A stretch of DNA of 64,000 bases from Tricharina praecox (lineage: Eukaryota): contig NW_026250406.1 of the NCBI RefSeq assembly GCF_024521635.1, positions 1,550,001 through 1,614,000 of the forward strand, written 5' to 3'. The notes under the pieces are model-generated. The model ran no database searches. It was not told the origin of the DNA and worked only from the letters and a program-made list of their open reading frames with translations. The position numbers were made by a program, and so were the translations under genes. This document shows, one piece after another, positions 1 to 13,089 of this stretch (its first letter is position 1; the number at the start of each line of letters is the position of its first letter).

Positions 1-2110
1 TTTGCATAACCGTTCTAGGACAAGAAACTGACAATTTGATAAGGTCTACCCTTATTTACGGTCCAGACTCCATAGAGGCGGCTGCATCATGCATTAGCAT
101 GGCGGAAACTTTCAGCCCACCAAAGATCTAACACTTGTTTGGCACAGTGGCACTACATAACCGGAACCTGTGATAGTTGGTAAGGAACCACGGTGATCAA
201 GGCAAGGAATGATGGCCGGTGAAGTGTGGTAGGTATCCTCTGCTTTGTTATCCCGTTCATAAAACAAACTGACATGGCGATAAGGTCTACCCTCCTTCAC
301 GGTACATCTACAGCCGCAAAGGTTTGCAAGAACAAAACAGAAGTTCAAGCAGCTAAAGGCTTGATGACGCTGCTTTTTAACCTCAACCTACTTAAAAAAC
401 CACATGCAGAAAGGTGAAGATTGGAACGAGAGAAGTGTGGTAAATATCCCTTGCTTTGCATGCCCGCTCTTGGATAAAGAACTGACATGTCGATAAGGTC
501 TACCCTCCACGGGGTAGCGTAGCCGCTTTCACTTGCAAGTACAAAACCGGAGCTCGAGCTGCTAAAGGTCTCATGATGCCGCTTCTGAGCCTCAACCTAT
601 ATGAAGAATCAAATGGATGGCGGCCAAAGATTATGGCCCGCGTAGTATGGTAAATATATTCTGCTTTGAAAGCCCGTCCTTGAAGAAACCATTAACATGA
701 CGGTTAGGTCTACTCCCCTTCACGGTGCTAACATCGCCGGAAACCGCTTTAAGAACAGAACAGATGATCAAGCAGCTAAAGGCCTGATGATGACGCTTCT
801 TAGCCTAAAACCGCTTGAAGAACCAGGTGGAGAAAGGCCAAGATGGGGATCGGCGAAGTGTGGTAACTATCCTTTTTGAATCTTCATACCTGTGAAAAAT
901 TACTGATTCTGTGAATAGGTCTACCCTCCTTCATGGTCAACAGCTGTAGCCAACTACTGTGACGCGCATGCTGCCAAAGCTGTCAGATCTCGGCTTTTCT
1001 CAATCGCCGATGATTGGGTATGGGTGACGATCCCTATTTCGAGAGACTCGCAGTCATCGCTGGCGAAGTGTGGTATGTAGAAACCCTTACTCGGGTCTCT
1101 ATGTTCGTGCACTGTACTAAAATAGCAAAAGGTCTACCATTCTTCTTTGCCTTGGCTGCAGATACCTGCGCAGGACGACATGAGTGCCGTCTTCCAGATA
1201 TCAAAGATGATGTTGCTCGTTAGTCTGCATCTCTCCGAGGGTCGAAGGTGGGGGACGAATCACCTCGTGATGGGCGAGGAGCTCAGGCCGGTGAAATGTG
1301 GTAAGTATCCTTTTTGAGAGGGCTTTTATGAAAAAAGTGTGTTATCTCTTCAGGAATGTCTACCCTCCTTCACGGTCCATAGGGTCAGCCACCGGCAGTG
1401 GCAAGACGGTAACCCTCAGCCTACCGAAGAAGATACACTCCGTTGGCATTCCTCAACCTGAACCTATCAAAGTTGGTGAGGAACCGCATGACTGATCATG
1501 GTAGGGAATCATGGCTGGCGAAATCTGATAAGTTTCCTTCGCTGTGATTTCCCGTCCTTGCAGAAAACTCACCATGCCGATAAGGTCTACCCTCTTTCAC
1601 GGTGAATATTAGCCGCTATGGCCATGCAAGTCCAAAACCGGAGCTCGTGCTGCTAAAGGTCTCAAAATGCCGCTTCAAATCCTCAACCTACATGACGAAC
1701 CAAATGGATCCGGGCCAGAAATTATGGCCAGCGTAGTATGGTAAATATCGTCAGCTTTGAAAGCCCATTCTTGAAGAAACCACTAACATGTCGATAAGGT
1801 CCACTCTCCATCACGGTACGTACATAGCCTGAAATATCTGCAAGAAAAAACTAGTAGCTCAACCGGCTAAAAGACTGATGATTACATTTATGAGTCTAGA
1901 ACTCTTTGAAGACCCACATGAAGAAAGGCCAAGTCTTCAAGATAGGGACCGGCGAAGTGTGGTAAGTTTCCTACAGTCTGGTTACGTTTTTGCAGACATC
2001 TAACATGTCGATAAGGTCTACCCTCCTTCACGGTCTATAGCTACATCTTCATCATACAGTAGCATGGCAGGACCTCTCAGCCTGCCAAATTTGTGGGAAT
2101 ATTTTGGTAC
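1..2110 (+). pseudogene. Tandem array of at least 10 homologous exon-intron units (degenerate repeat-protein gene), running off the left edge of the window
   Basis: Recurrent junction GGCGAAGTGTG|GTAAGTATCC..ACTRAC..ATAAG|GTCTACCCTCCTTCACGG. Introns are about 54-59 nt (e.g. 229-284, 440-497, 650-707, 863-918, 1073-1131, 1741-1798). Exons are 152-185 nt. Spliced junction peptide AGEVW|STLLHG. Stops and frameshifts occur in most exons. Confidence 0.7.
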
Positions 2111-2329
2111 TGCACCGAAACTCAACCGACGCTCATACGGAACGAATTGATCACGAATACGGCCGACCTAGCTAAGAGATTTTCATCGCAAGGCTGCCTG
2201 GTACCCTGATTAAATCGATCAAATGGTCGAGAATATGCATGCTGATGATATGGCTTTCCGGAGGTTAGTCGTTCGGATATCGCTTTGCTTGAGTATCGTA
2301 CTGACGTTTCACGTGATGAACATACAGCT

Positions 2330-3860
2330 CCAACGAAAGTACGTAAGGTAAGGAAGTGGGCATTTTCCCAAATAGCGCGAATACCCAAGACGGAGTGTAT
2401 CGACGACGATTTCAAGTTCATCGCGAGGAGGCGCAAGGTCGAATACGATGTCTTTGTACGCAAGACGACTCCATTCTTGGCGGCAAGACAATAGATCAAA
2501 GCGACAGCCAGGCACAACTAAACGCACTACTGCACTGTTCAAGGGAGTGAAGAGGGGAATTAGAATGGAGCATCTGGGAGCAAAGTTAGGAAAAGGGCGA
2601 TATGCTTGGTGATGAGGAGTCTGTGGGATGATGCCCAGGATCAGGCCCTGCTCAGCTAGGGAAGTAGGCATTTGCTCCTGGGAGCGAGAGTCTCTGAGAC
2701 GAGCGAGACTATTCGAGACGGAGGGTGACAGGGTGTCCATCCGAAATTCGCGGACATCAGGAGGTGGCACAATTTCCTCAGTCGGTTACGATATCTTTAT
2801 GCTCAAAACGACACCATTCTTGACAGCAAGACGATCGATCAAAGCAACAGCCAGGCACTACTATCAATCGCACCACAGCACTGTTCGAGTGAGTGAAGGA
2901 TGCCAAGTACAGTGGGGCACATGCACTAGGACAAGGGCGATGTTCTTCTTGATCAGAGACGGAGTTTGTCGGCGAAGAGTTTGTGGGACGATGCCGAGGG
3001 TCAGGCCCTTTCCCTGTAGGGAAGTAGGCATTTCCCTCCATTTTCGACGGTACCCGAGGCGGAGGGTGTGGAAGAGACGTTTGCGGTCATCAAGAGGAGG
3101 CGCACGTGGAATACAGGTCGCTCGCTGCCGTCGTTCCTATTATCGCATCGCTCGACGACCAAGACTAGTCACATAAACAACGAACCATGTCCACCTACCT
3201 ACACTGGTTACGCCGGGGTAGATGTGCATTCTGCGCGCCTGCAAGACCGCTTGCTCGTTCAGACAACACAGGTCAGTTCCGTCCTGTCGCGTCGTCGCTA
3301 AAAACAAAGAAAGAATGAATGAAAAAGCAACCCAAAGACTGACTCGTTTCTGCAGAAATTCAAGCAAACCTGAAGCCACAACGACGAACAGCTGATTCAA
3401 AAGCTGGAGCAGGACGCCATTGAAGACATCAAGCTGCAAATGTTAGAGGGCTTTATCGCTTTGCTAGAGTTCGCGACCTCGTGGGTCGCGCGCTGGCAGA
3501 GGGACGAGAAGTGCGAGAAGATGGTCAAAGCTGCGAAATTCAGCGCAAACATGTGAGAATGTTGCGGCAATCAGTAGCAGGCGCAAGGTCGATTACAAGA
3601 TCACTATGCACAGGAAAACGGTGTCGCGTTTTCATCGCGATATCTCCGGAAATGCCGAGGATCACGGCCCTACTCTGGTAGGGAAGTAGGCATTTCCTCG
3701 AATAGCGAGAATAGCGGAAACGGACGGAGTGTGTCGACGAGCAATTTACGGTCATCGAGAAGAGGCGCAAGGTCAAATACGAGGTCTCGGTGCATATAGT
3801 GGCACCACCGGTGGTAGCGAGCAGATTAACCAAGGCGATCTTTCCGAAACTTACTAACGC
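2330..3860 (+). pseudogene. Degenerate tandem copies of an unknown ~65-aa 'GREVGI..ECVDEDFEVIARRRKVDYEVFV' module
   Basis: Related peptides at about 2345-2520, 2625-2870, 2985-3185, 3535-3640 and 3650-3860, with frameshifts. The same module occurs on the minus strand at 27.6, 29.5, 31.2, 31.9 and 36.8-37.3 kb. Confidence 0.55.
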
Positions 3861-4600
3861 TGGGAAAGTGCAAGTGGAGAAGTAGAGGAGGGGAAAATAC
3901 GGGTGTTAAAGAAGTGGAGAAGAGAAGAGGGGGAGAGGAGGAGGAGAAGTGGGGTGGTGGGGAGGTGGTATGTTCGAAATGTGGGATTGTGGGATTGTGG
4001 GATTCGGAGTGGTGGTGTGGTGGGGTGGTGGGGTGGTGGGGGATGCGACGGGTAAATGCGGTTTACTTATGGCGGAGCAGAATAAGTTTGTAGCGAGTAG
4101 CAGTAGCTAGAACTAGAGCAATCTCAAACACCACTCCGCGCTCGTATAATCTTGCCTTCATGCGGTCAACACCCAGGTGACACCCCCTCTCAACCTATTG
4201 GAGTCACTGACGAAGGTGATCAGAGTGTCTTCAAAATTCTATACAAACAGTCCCACGCAGCAGTTCGGGCTCGCAGAAGAATGCATCCTATGGCCTCATC
4301 CTTCATCTCTTCCGTGCCGTCAACCTGCTGAACAAATGTACGAGCGAGTCCTGCTTGAGATTGCTATCGGTCTAGCTACTGCGACATACTCGCTACTTAT
4401 ATCCAGCCCTGCGCGCCTCAATCATCTGAACATACTCGCCCTCCCCCCCCCCTTTCCTCCTTCCCCTCAATTACCCCACTACCCACTACCCCACTACCCC
4501 ATATCACCGTTTCCCCACCTTCCAATTCCCCCACTCTCTAGTACACTCGCCATCTACCCTGGCGCCTTAGTATACATTCAACACTTGCTCCCTCACCTCT
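3860..4600. repeat. Two inverted copies of a dispersed module (TACGAGCG..TTGAGATTGCT..CTAGCTACTGC followed by a CCCCACCA/CTTCTCCA pyrimidine tract)
   Basis: 4090-4150 (minus) matches 4335-4385 (plus). Further copies at about 11240-11600 and 15960-16280 (minus). Confidence 0.6.
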
Positions 4601-6723
4601 TCCGCTCACTCGACAATTCCGGGGCTTTGGGCCTGAACTCTACTGTTCCCTCATCAATTCCGAGCTGTGACATTGTCCGTGCCGTCAACTCGTCCATGCC
4701 CCGACTTGCTTCCTGGACTCTTCCGGAGTCTGAACCCTTGCGTGCCATAATCGCTTCCGCACCATCCACTCTTCCCTACCCCTCGCGTGGTCCTTCAACT
4801 CTTGCGCGGCCTCGCCTGGTTCCATGGTCTCTTCGGTAGCCTCGTCCTTAAGTATACGTTCCCACCACTCTTCCGAACTCTCATCTGATTGCATTTACTG
4901 ATGCTGAAGATATTTCTGTCAATCTTGCGGCTGCTGAAACAGGTATTCCTTCGGAAGATGTAGTCTGAGTTTGGAGCATGTTAGCAGCGGTCTCCATAGG
5001 GAGCAGTGGTGGGCTCACCACCTGTGGTTCACATTGACAGGTCAACACAAAGCTGGGGGTTTGTCTGGACTAGTGGAGGAAGTTTGTTGAAAGGCACGGA
5101 GTTTCACTCGAACTTATGATGTTTTGTATGAGAGTTGCAATATCTTCGACGGCTATCTACCGACTCTTATATCTCCTGTTGACGTCTCCTCCCGGCGACG
5201 CCGGCCGGCGCCGCTGCTTACCATCCATACCTCTGGATAGTGCTGGTATTATGCTGATTCGCCACACCATCAAACAAAGTGTATCACGACCAACTGTGCA
5301 TATATCGGCTTTCTGCGGACGTCAGAATTTTCTGCCGGGTTAAACAGCGCTGATCTTGCAGAAATTTTATTAAGCTAGTAATTAGAAGCAACTCTTTGAT
5401 GTAGACTCAAGCTATACTACACTAAATCCTCCTCAAAAAGCGCAGCCAACATTCTCTCAATTGTAATGACAGAGTCCTCTTTCATAATTGCGATACATCC
5501 CGCTTCATGACTACGACACATCCTCCTTCGTAGCTCAGATTCATCCTTTTTCGTGCCTGCGATATATCCTCCTTAACGGCTCGGACACATCAATCAGGAA
5601 AACAAATTCTCCATAAACGGAGTCGGCTTCGTTCATAAAACTTGCGACGTTCGGCGCGTTGAGTCAGCTGGAAGCGTGTGAACTGACCCACGCCAGCATC
5701 CTCCCTGGGAAAGACGTCAGCTGCGGTTGGGTGTTCGAACGTTCGTTGGAACGCTGTTGGGCGAAACATCATACCTAGAAATCAGTGGGAGTTTTGTGTT
5801 ATTCATTACTTGCATGTGGCCTATCTGAACAATGTTAGTATCTACACCCCGTCCGCTCCCTCAACTCTTCCCCGGCCTCGCCTTGCTCTCACAACTCTTC
5901 CCCAGCATCGCCTGTGACTGGCCCGTCCCCTCTACTCTTCCCTGGCATTGCCCTTGCTCCCTCAACTCTTCTCGTTACTCGCCATTTACTAGGCGTTCTT
6001 CCTCGGCCTCGCCTGGCTCCCTGGACCGTTCGCCGGCCTCGCCCTGCCTCGCCCCTGACTGGCCCGTCCCTCAAATCCTCCGTGCTGTTGCCATGCTCCC
6101 TGGACACTTCCACTCCTTGACTCTTCTGTGCTCGCTCAACTCTTCCGTCCCATCATGTCTTGCGTGCGGTCTTCTCTTCGTTGCCGTCATCTGATCGCAG
6201 CCTTCAACCTTTCGACAGTAGCCCGTGACATAGCTCTGGTGTAATCGTTGCCCTGGTGTACGAGGTGCTCTGGAGAAATAGTCGCTCTGGTATATTGGGT
6301 GAGAGAAGATTATGGTTCATGACACCTGTGTATAGTTGGCTGTTAACCTTGGGATCGCGCCATGCTGACGTCACTTAGCACATCGCGTAAAAACATAGGA
6401 AGAACGAATAACCCGCTGGCAGCGGCGCCAATGGGTTCTCTCTCTATTCCTCCTAACCGCACCCGTCCCGACTGAATAATACCTCCGGGCCATGTTTCTG
6501 GCCCTGCTCATCTTGCCACCGAAACTGTGTCCTCACCCTCCACACCCTCCGCACCCTCAAAAACCTCCTCATCCTCTTCGCCCTTGATCTCCTACTGCTA
6601 CTTGCCCTAGTGTAACCATCCTGCTGGAACTACCGTTGACAATTTCTTCTCGCTAGATATCAACTATTATCTCCTCTATCAACTCGCTCTGTCGGATATC
6701 GTCTACCCCTACTGCTCCTCGTC

Positions 6724-7110
6724 CTGCTCGTCTTGCCCGTCTTGCTCGTCTTGCCCGTCTTGCTCGTCTTGCTCGTCTTGCTCGTCTTGCTCGTCTTGCT
6801 CGTCTTGCTCGTCTTGCTCGTCTTGCTCGTCTTGCTCGTCTTGCTCGTCTTGCTCGTCTTGCTCGTCTTGCTCGTCTTGCTCGTCTTGCTCGTCTTGCTC
6901 GTCTTGCTCGTCTTGCTCGTCTTGCTCGTCTTGCTCGTCTTGCTCGTCTTGCTCGTCTTGCTCGTCTTGCTCGTCTTGCTCGTCTTGCTCGTCTTGCTCG
7001 TCTTGCTCGTCTTGCTCGTCTTGCTCGTCTTGCTCGTCTTGCTCGTCTTGCTCGTCTTGCTCGTCTTGCTCGTCGTGCTCGTCGTGCTCGTCGTGCTCAT
7101 CTTGCTCGTC
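6724..7110. repeat. 9-bp minisatellite (CTTGCTCGT)n, about 43 units
   Basis: Directly visible near-perfect array with variant units at both edges. Confidence 0.97.
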
Positions 7111-7634
7111 CTGCTAGTCCTGGTCTAGTGTATTCGCTGCCACGGCCTATGTCCTAGATTCGCTACCATGGCCTGTGTCCTGGATTTGCTACCATGGCCA
7201 CTCTGCTGGATTCGCCTAAGCAACCCCCTCTCGCTGCCATGCACTCAGCTCTCTCTCTCGCTGCAATGGGGATAGCACTGGACATATTGGGTGATCAGGG
7301 CGCGTCTTCTCGCCAGCGCGCCAGCGGGCCACCTAGATAGCAAGTTTATATAGAGGATATAATTCACCCGAGAAATGTCCTCTCGCTACCGGCGAGCCGG
7401 GGCCGGGAATGAACAATGCGGTGATGACGAGGAGTAGGAATTGGAAGTGAAAGAGGAGGGCGACGACGAAACAAAGGAACATGAGGAACATGAGATCTAG
7501 AATCTTTTGGAAGACGACGGAGACTATGCGTGGCGAATTGTGTGTGGTTCTTTAAGTTTATCAGCACTCGCCACAGCACTAGCCATCAGTCTGACCTCAT
7601 ACTCACGGACGCACGCCTCTGAAGAAAATGTTGA

Positions 7635-8672
7635 TATATGCTCTAGCCTGCCGGGCAAAATTAGTAGTTTATAAATGGACCGGCCATCCGACCAAGTGAC
7701 CCGCCCCCAGACGAAGTGACCGGATATACGAGGTGAACGGACAGTGGGGAAATGTTTCATGGACAGACCGGTCTTCGGGCATATTTGTGAGCAGGTCAGT
7801 CTGGCCGCAAATTTTCCGGCGCTAGCAAGTAAAACTCACTCAAGTCGTGGCATAGTTCTATATAGAAGCCAGCAAACTGATTCCCGAGGATAAGCTATCC
7901 AACACGATTAAACTTCAAGCAGCAACGGCAAAAACATAAACTCGCGAGCGAATATGCGTCTCCTGCAATTACATGCCTCCACGCTGGACCAGCAAGTGCC
8001 GTTGCATGAAGAAAAACGTCAACTGTTCAGTCCACTACCATGGAAGGCAATTTGACTAAAATAATCCGTCGAGTTTGGAAACTCGTACCGAAGCTGCTTT
8101 AATTCACCGCCCTCCTAGAATGCAACAATTACCATCAGTAATACCAGAAGCTCCAGCTGTCTCCTCCAAACTTTCCAGTATCGATGGACAGAACACTCCA
8201 CCACCCGCTACCGCTGTTCTACCAGCACCAATATCAAGCCGCTGCAGTCTCCGCTCAGGTACCCAGACAGCATCTAGCCAGAAAAGGGCTCGGCCTACGG
8301 CTAAAATGAACACAGCAAAGGCCATCCAGGGCGATGATAGTACCCAGAGAGATGCTGGAGAGGATGGGAGCGGAGAGGAAGCCGGAGAGAAAGCAGAAGG
8401 GGAAGCCGGACGGGGGTTGAGAAAGAGAAGGAGGGTGAAAACCTACGTGACGATGATTTGTAGATTGACTGCATGAGCTCTGTGGGAAGATTTGAGTGTT
8501 GAGTCGATAGAAAACTATTGTGATGTCCGCGTATCTGCACATAATTTTGCCCGGTCCGCCCAGAATATTTTCTGACTCGGCAGTCCAGTCAGATCGCATA
8601 TCCAGTTATTTGCCCCGCAGGCCGGTTTATTTATAAAAAACCAATTTTGCCCAGCAGGCCAGAACATACATA
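7635..8672. mobile_element. Non-autonomous DNA transposon relic with long imperfect terminal inverted repeats
   Basis: Left TATGCTCTAGCCTGCCGGGCAAAATTAGTAGTTTATAAAT versus reverse complement of right end TATGTTCTGGCCTGCTGGGCAAAATTGGTTTTTTATAAAT. Weaker similarity extends about 150 bp inward. TA at both termini. No catalytic domain seen. Confidence 0.65.
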
Positions 8673-8834
8673 ATGGCAGTGGCAGCGCAACCTTGATTAC
8701 TTTCTTTAAGTTCCAACATCAGTCCTTCCCACATTCGCTACTCCACAAATCCACACACCGCACTCCCTATACCCACGGTTCGATCATACCGGCTCCCCAA
8801 CGGACTGCCTAACCGTAGGCAGCGCAGAAGATTG

Positions 8835-9377
8835 AATAGACTAGACTCGACCAAATTTGGGTATGGTCGGATTGGTCGGGCTATATCCCGACTAAAAAAA
8901 TGTTTGGTCTGGTCGGTCGTGATATATCCCGATCAAAAAAATGGTCTGGTCGGTCGGGATATATGCCGACCGACCAGACATAGGTCGGAATAAGTCGGGC
9001 TAAGAAATTATACACGATGAAATCTGGAATCTTTACAATCATCTGTTCTACACCGGATCCTCCTCGTATAGCGCGGCTAACATCTCCCCAACTTCCTTCA
9101 CATCCGCCTGAGTCGCCGCAATCATCTCATCCTTCTGCCAGATTTTGAGACATTCCACAGCCTCTAGTAAATCATCACGTGCTAATGGTTTCTCTGCCAG
9201 CATTTCTGTGGTCTGCCAGCATTTCTGCGACAATTATAGTAACATTCCGGAAGCTCAACACTTCCAGTATTGTTGCGGTCGTCATCCACACATTCCGCAC
9301 GCATAACTATGACAGAAATTTTTGCGGCTGATAAGGTTATCAGTTATCACGACCGGTCTGTTCTATGTAGAACACTG
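8835..9377 (-). mobile_element. Internally deleted hAT transposon retaining the transposase C-terminus
   Basis: Minus-strand DDLLEAVECLKIWQKD resembles the end of the hAT dimerisation domain. Right terminus TGTAGAACACTG. Subterminal GGTCGGGATATATCCCGAC palindromes are shared with the MITE at 14776. Confidence 0.7.
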
Positions 9378-10510
9378 CCGCCACTTCGCCTTCGTTCACC
9401 ACCACCTCCACCTCGCGCTCGTTCCCCACTGCTACTCGTCTTGCCGGAACTGCCGCTGATATTGCCTTCTCAATAAATACAGTCTCCTCCCACGATACAG
9501 CCTCCTGCATCCATATCTCGTGCTCCCTACATACTGATACTCGCCGAGTGTCTCTTCGTGGATGCCATCTCCTTCCTTTGTGCCATGCCGGCCTAGAAGA
9601 GGAGCATGTGGCCGCTCGGACGGGCGGAGGAGGGTGGGAGGAAATGGACGAGGCAGAGGAAAGCGTGGACTGAGAGGAGGATGACGACGGGCAGGAGGAG
9701 GAATAGGAAGGGTTTATTAGCCCAAATAATGAGGCATGTACATGTTCTATGCGGGGTATATAGTACAAATAGCAATAGAATAGATATTCTGAAATACACA
9801 GGAAATATCGCCTACTCGTAAACACCGTGCACTGAAGGGATTTCTGGCTGGTTGACTACTCCAGCGAGAGGTAACGCAGACGGTTTTCGGTGTCTCCAAT
9901 CATACACGGAATTGACTGGGCATTTGTCGTTCATGTATGGAAATGAGTGGGCATTTGTCGTTCAGACTGATAATGACTGGGCATTGGTCGTTAATACTGG
10001 AGATGCCAGGCATTCATAATGTGCGATAGCGCCTTAGCATTCTCAGCGTGACCAGAGTCAGGAGCGTCTACACGCCCCCAAAGGATAAATGTTTCTTCCT
10101 GATGTCCCCTTCGTAGCTCAAATTCATCATTATTCGCGCCTGCGATATATCTTCCTGCGTAGCTGCGAACATACACCTGATTGGCTATGATACATCCTAA
10201 ATTATATTTGAGATTTATCCTGATTCGTACCTGCGATATATGCTCCTTCGTAGATGCGGTCATTCCATCCCTCAGCCTGCTTTCCCAGCACCCGTCATCC
10301 TTACCCCACATCGTTTCCCCCCGGCCCACGCAGCAACGGCGATCAAAGAAATTGATCAACGACCCCCGCCGCGCACAGGATAAGCCTCGCCTTCGTTGCG
10401 CTTCAAGCACCAACCCAGGAACGAGTGCCTTCTCTGGCTTCTTAATTCCTGGGAGACCGGCTTAGGCCGGCCTACCGACAATGCTTGTCGGTGTAGGGAC
10501 TGCCCACCAC

Positions 10511-11179
10511 CTAAAGAGATGAGGAAGGCTGGAAGAGGGCGATTCCAGTGGATCTCAGAACGCCGTGGGACCGGGGTCCGCGACGGCTCATCTCACTTCT
10601 TGTCGGTGTACAGGTTGCCAGCCACCTAAAGAAGTGGCTGGGAAGAAGCGAACGCGGCGACTGGTAGGAATCGAAAAAGGCCGTGGGTCCGGGGTCCGCA
10701 ACGGCGCATTCGTTCAACAACAGCGTACCTGGGCTGAGAGGGTCCTCATTGGAATAGTGAAAGGTAACGTCTGCCTCGTATTTGTTGGTCTCCTCTTGCT
10801 CACAGTTCTCGATTGAACCTATCTGCTCCGCGTTCAGGAAGAGCTCGTCTGCCTCGGAATCCTCGTCTGAGTCAAAATGGAATATTCCATCCCTTGATCC
10901 TTTGAACTTGTCACGAATGTAATCGTATAGGGCCTGGGATGGGCTGGGGCTCGCTAGGTCTTTAAGTGTAGGTCTAACCGTGTATCTAGGAATATCTTCA
11001 AGCCTCTTCTTGAAGCCGTTGACCACCATGAGGAGCTTCGCCCGGTCGGTGTTTATAGATGATCCTGCCTTGACGGGATCATCCTCGGCCTTTGTAATTT
11101 CTTCGTGGTCCTGTCCGGCAATCGCCTCAATTGCGCGGCGGATCTGATTGCGCATTCGACGCATGGGGCCGCGGCCCAC
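10511..11179 (-). CDS. Hypothetical protein or pseudogene fragment (222-aa ORF with acidic patch)
   Basis: Long ORF downstream of the pyrimidine-tract module. Downstream sequence (9990-10300) is paralogous to 5450-5600. No recognisable domain. Confidence 0.3.
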   Translation of the reverse strand: MGRGPMRRMRNQIRRAIEAIAGQDHEEITKAEDDPVKAGSSINTDRAKLLMVVNGFKKRLEDIPRYTVRPTLKDLASPSPSQALYDYIRDKFKGSRDGIFHFDSDEDSEADELFLNAEQIGSIENCEQEETNKYEADVTFHYSNEDPLSPGTLLLNECAVADPGPTAFFDSYQSPRSLLPSHFFRWLATCTPTRSEMSRRGPRSHGVLRSTGIALFQPSSSL

Positions 11180-13089
11180 AGGTCGTTGTTCCGCGTGGTG
11201 AACCGCTCTCTGGAGCGGGGTGCGGGGGTGGTGCCGGGGTTAAAGCCGGAGAGTAGTGAGAGAGGGGATGAAGAAAAGGTGGAAGAGGAAGTCGAGAAGT
11301 CGAGAAGTGTAGAAGTGGGGTGTTGAAGAAGTGGAGAAGTGGGACAGTGGAGAATTAGAGGGGTAGAGAAGTGGAGAAGTGAAGAGGAGCAAAGGAGGAA
11401 AAGTGGGTTGGTGGGTTGATGGGGTGGTGGGGTGGTGGGGTGGTGGGGTGGTGGGGGATGTGACGAGCAATGCGGCTTGCTTAGGGCAGAGCAGAAGACC
11501 GTTGTAGCTAGTGGCAGTAGCTAGAAAGAGAGCGATCTCAAGCAACACTTGGCGTTCGTATAATTTTCCATGCACAGGGTGATCATCCACGCGAATCGCC
11601 CTCTCTACAGACTGGGAAGGCGACGCTGGTGATCAGAATGACATTGTAATCCTAGGCTGAATGTCCTGGTCAATGCCCAAGGTACAACTGTCATCGCGGA
11701 AGTTGCGGTCGAACTCCATTTTGTCAGATCAGCGGGGAGAATGCGAGGGTGTTGCTATCGCCATGCCGTGCAGACAGCAAAAAATGCTTTATGCGAGGGT
11801 AATGGCGTCGGTATGTGCGAGGGTCATCAAGTTGAGCGTCCGCCACCAATACTCACTGAATCTGTCAGAGTTGGGGGTCCGGAATGTGTGGATGAAGACC
11901 ACAGGAATGATGGGCCTGCGGAAGGTGGCTATGACCGTCGCAGAGATGATGGCAGTCCACAGCAATTCTGGCAGACAAAGCCTCAGCGCGTATCGTCATC
12001 GGTATGGTGTATGATGGCCTATGGGAGGGACCTGAGATTCTGGAGGTAATGAGAACCTACGGTCCGGAGAAACTGTGCTGTAAATGAACATGACAAGAAT
12101 TAAGATTCTCTTCTATTTGACGGAATCATTGCATTCGACGACACCCCCGCAGCCCGCTGGCATGCAGCATGCAGCTTACAAACATAATGGAATCCTGCTG
12201 TTGAATATAAGAGGTAGATAAAAATGATAATTGTAGTATTCAATAGTAGATATAGCAACAACATTGTGAGCGGCGACCTTCCTCTATATAGAAGCTTCAT
12301 AGACTAGACTATTTCTGCATCGATTACTTCAGGAGGTTGGTTTTCCGTGCTCGGATACACCCTAGAGTACGCTAGAGACCTCGTCATCTTCGGAGTCCGG
12401 ACGTCACATATTCTAACAATCTCGACTTCGGAGTGGGGATTGCCCTGCTAACCGAGTCCACTCATCGCCGCGGGGAGGAGTCTTGACCTCGTTATGGATA
12501 GTGCACGTACCTGGCTATCCGGAATGAGTGGTTCCTATTTCCTACACACATACTTCAATCGATCTATCTTGATCCCCCACGCCAACTTACACAGCTGCGG
12601 ATGCGGCTGGGAAACAAATTACGTCAAAGACCCGTCCGTCACGAAACGCACTCACGACATCTGTGTCGCCCGATACGCGGGAGAGGATCCTTACTCACGA
12701 CTGTAGAATTGATATGCGCCCGGATACTGAAGGTAGCAAGCAGGCTTAATATAGAAGTCGAGCAGGTCGTTGACACGCGTGAGTTGATGATGTGTTGCCG
12801 ACCGCGGGGAATCCTTAGTTATACGTGTCAATAGCGCAGAGGAGTTGTGGTGGGGGGAGCGCAGGAGTGCCTGCTGGGAGATGTAATTTCATGGAGGCCC
12901 GGAGAAAAGTAGACATACTTAGGCAGCAGGAGAGTAATCGATGGAAGGAACTAATTCTTGGGACTTGATAGTAGCTCAATAGGAGATTGTCTAAACTACT
13001 GACACTCGTACCGCGATAATGGAACGAACTAGTGCGAAAAACAATAGACGTTTAGCACCTTGACACCCAGCAACGTTTTCCATCTATCT

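Noticed and set aside
1..2110. CRISPR-like repeat/spacer appearance; also resemblance of GEVWSTLL to the fungalysin GxVWAxxL motif
   Set aside because: The spacers are 150-185 nt and homologous to each other, the constant parts are splice signals, and there are no cas genes. No HExxH or other M36 context is present.
4177..4839. 220-aa Pro-rich ORF
   Set aside because: Read-through of the pyrimidine-rich repeat module; the frame is not conserved in the other copies.
5833..6230. Possible solo LTR (TGTTAG..GTGACA) with internal CTCAACTCTTCCC repeats
   Set aside because: No TSD, PBS/PPT or second copy in the window.
6660..7128. ORFs of (SKT)n and (LVL)n
   Set aside because: Stop-free by-products of the 9-bp minisatellite.
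12494..12834. Small ORFs in the conserved spacer module (HETHSR../RLNIEV..), also at 57.4 and 61.4 kb
   Set aside because: The DNA is clearly repeated, but no single reading frame is consistently open across copies.
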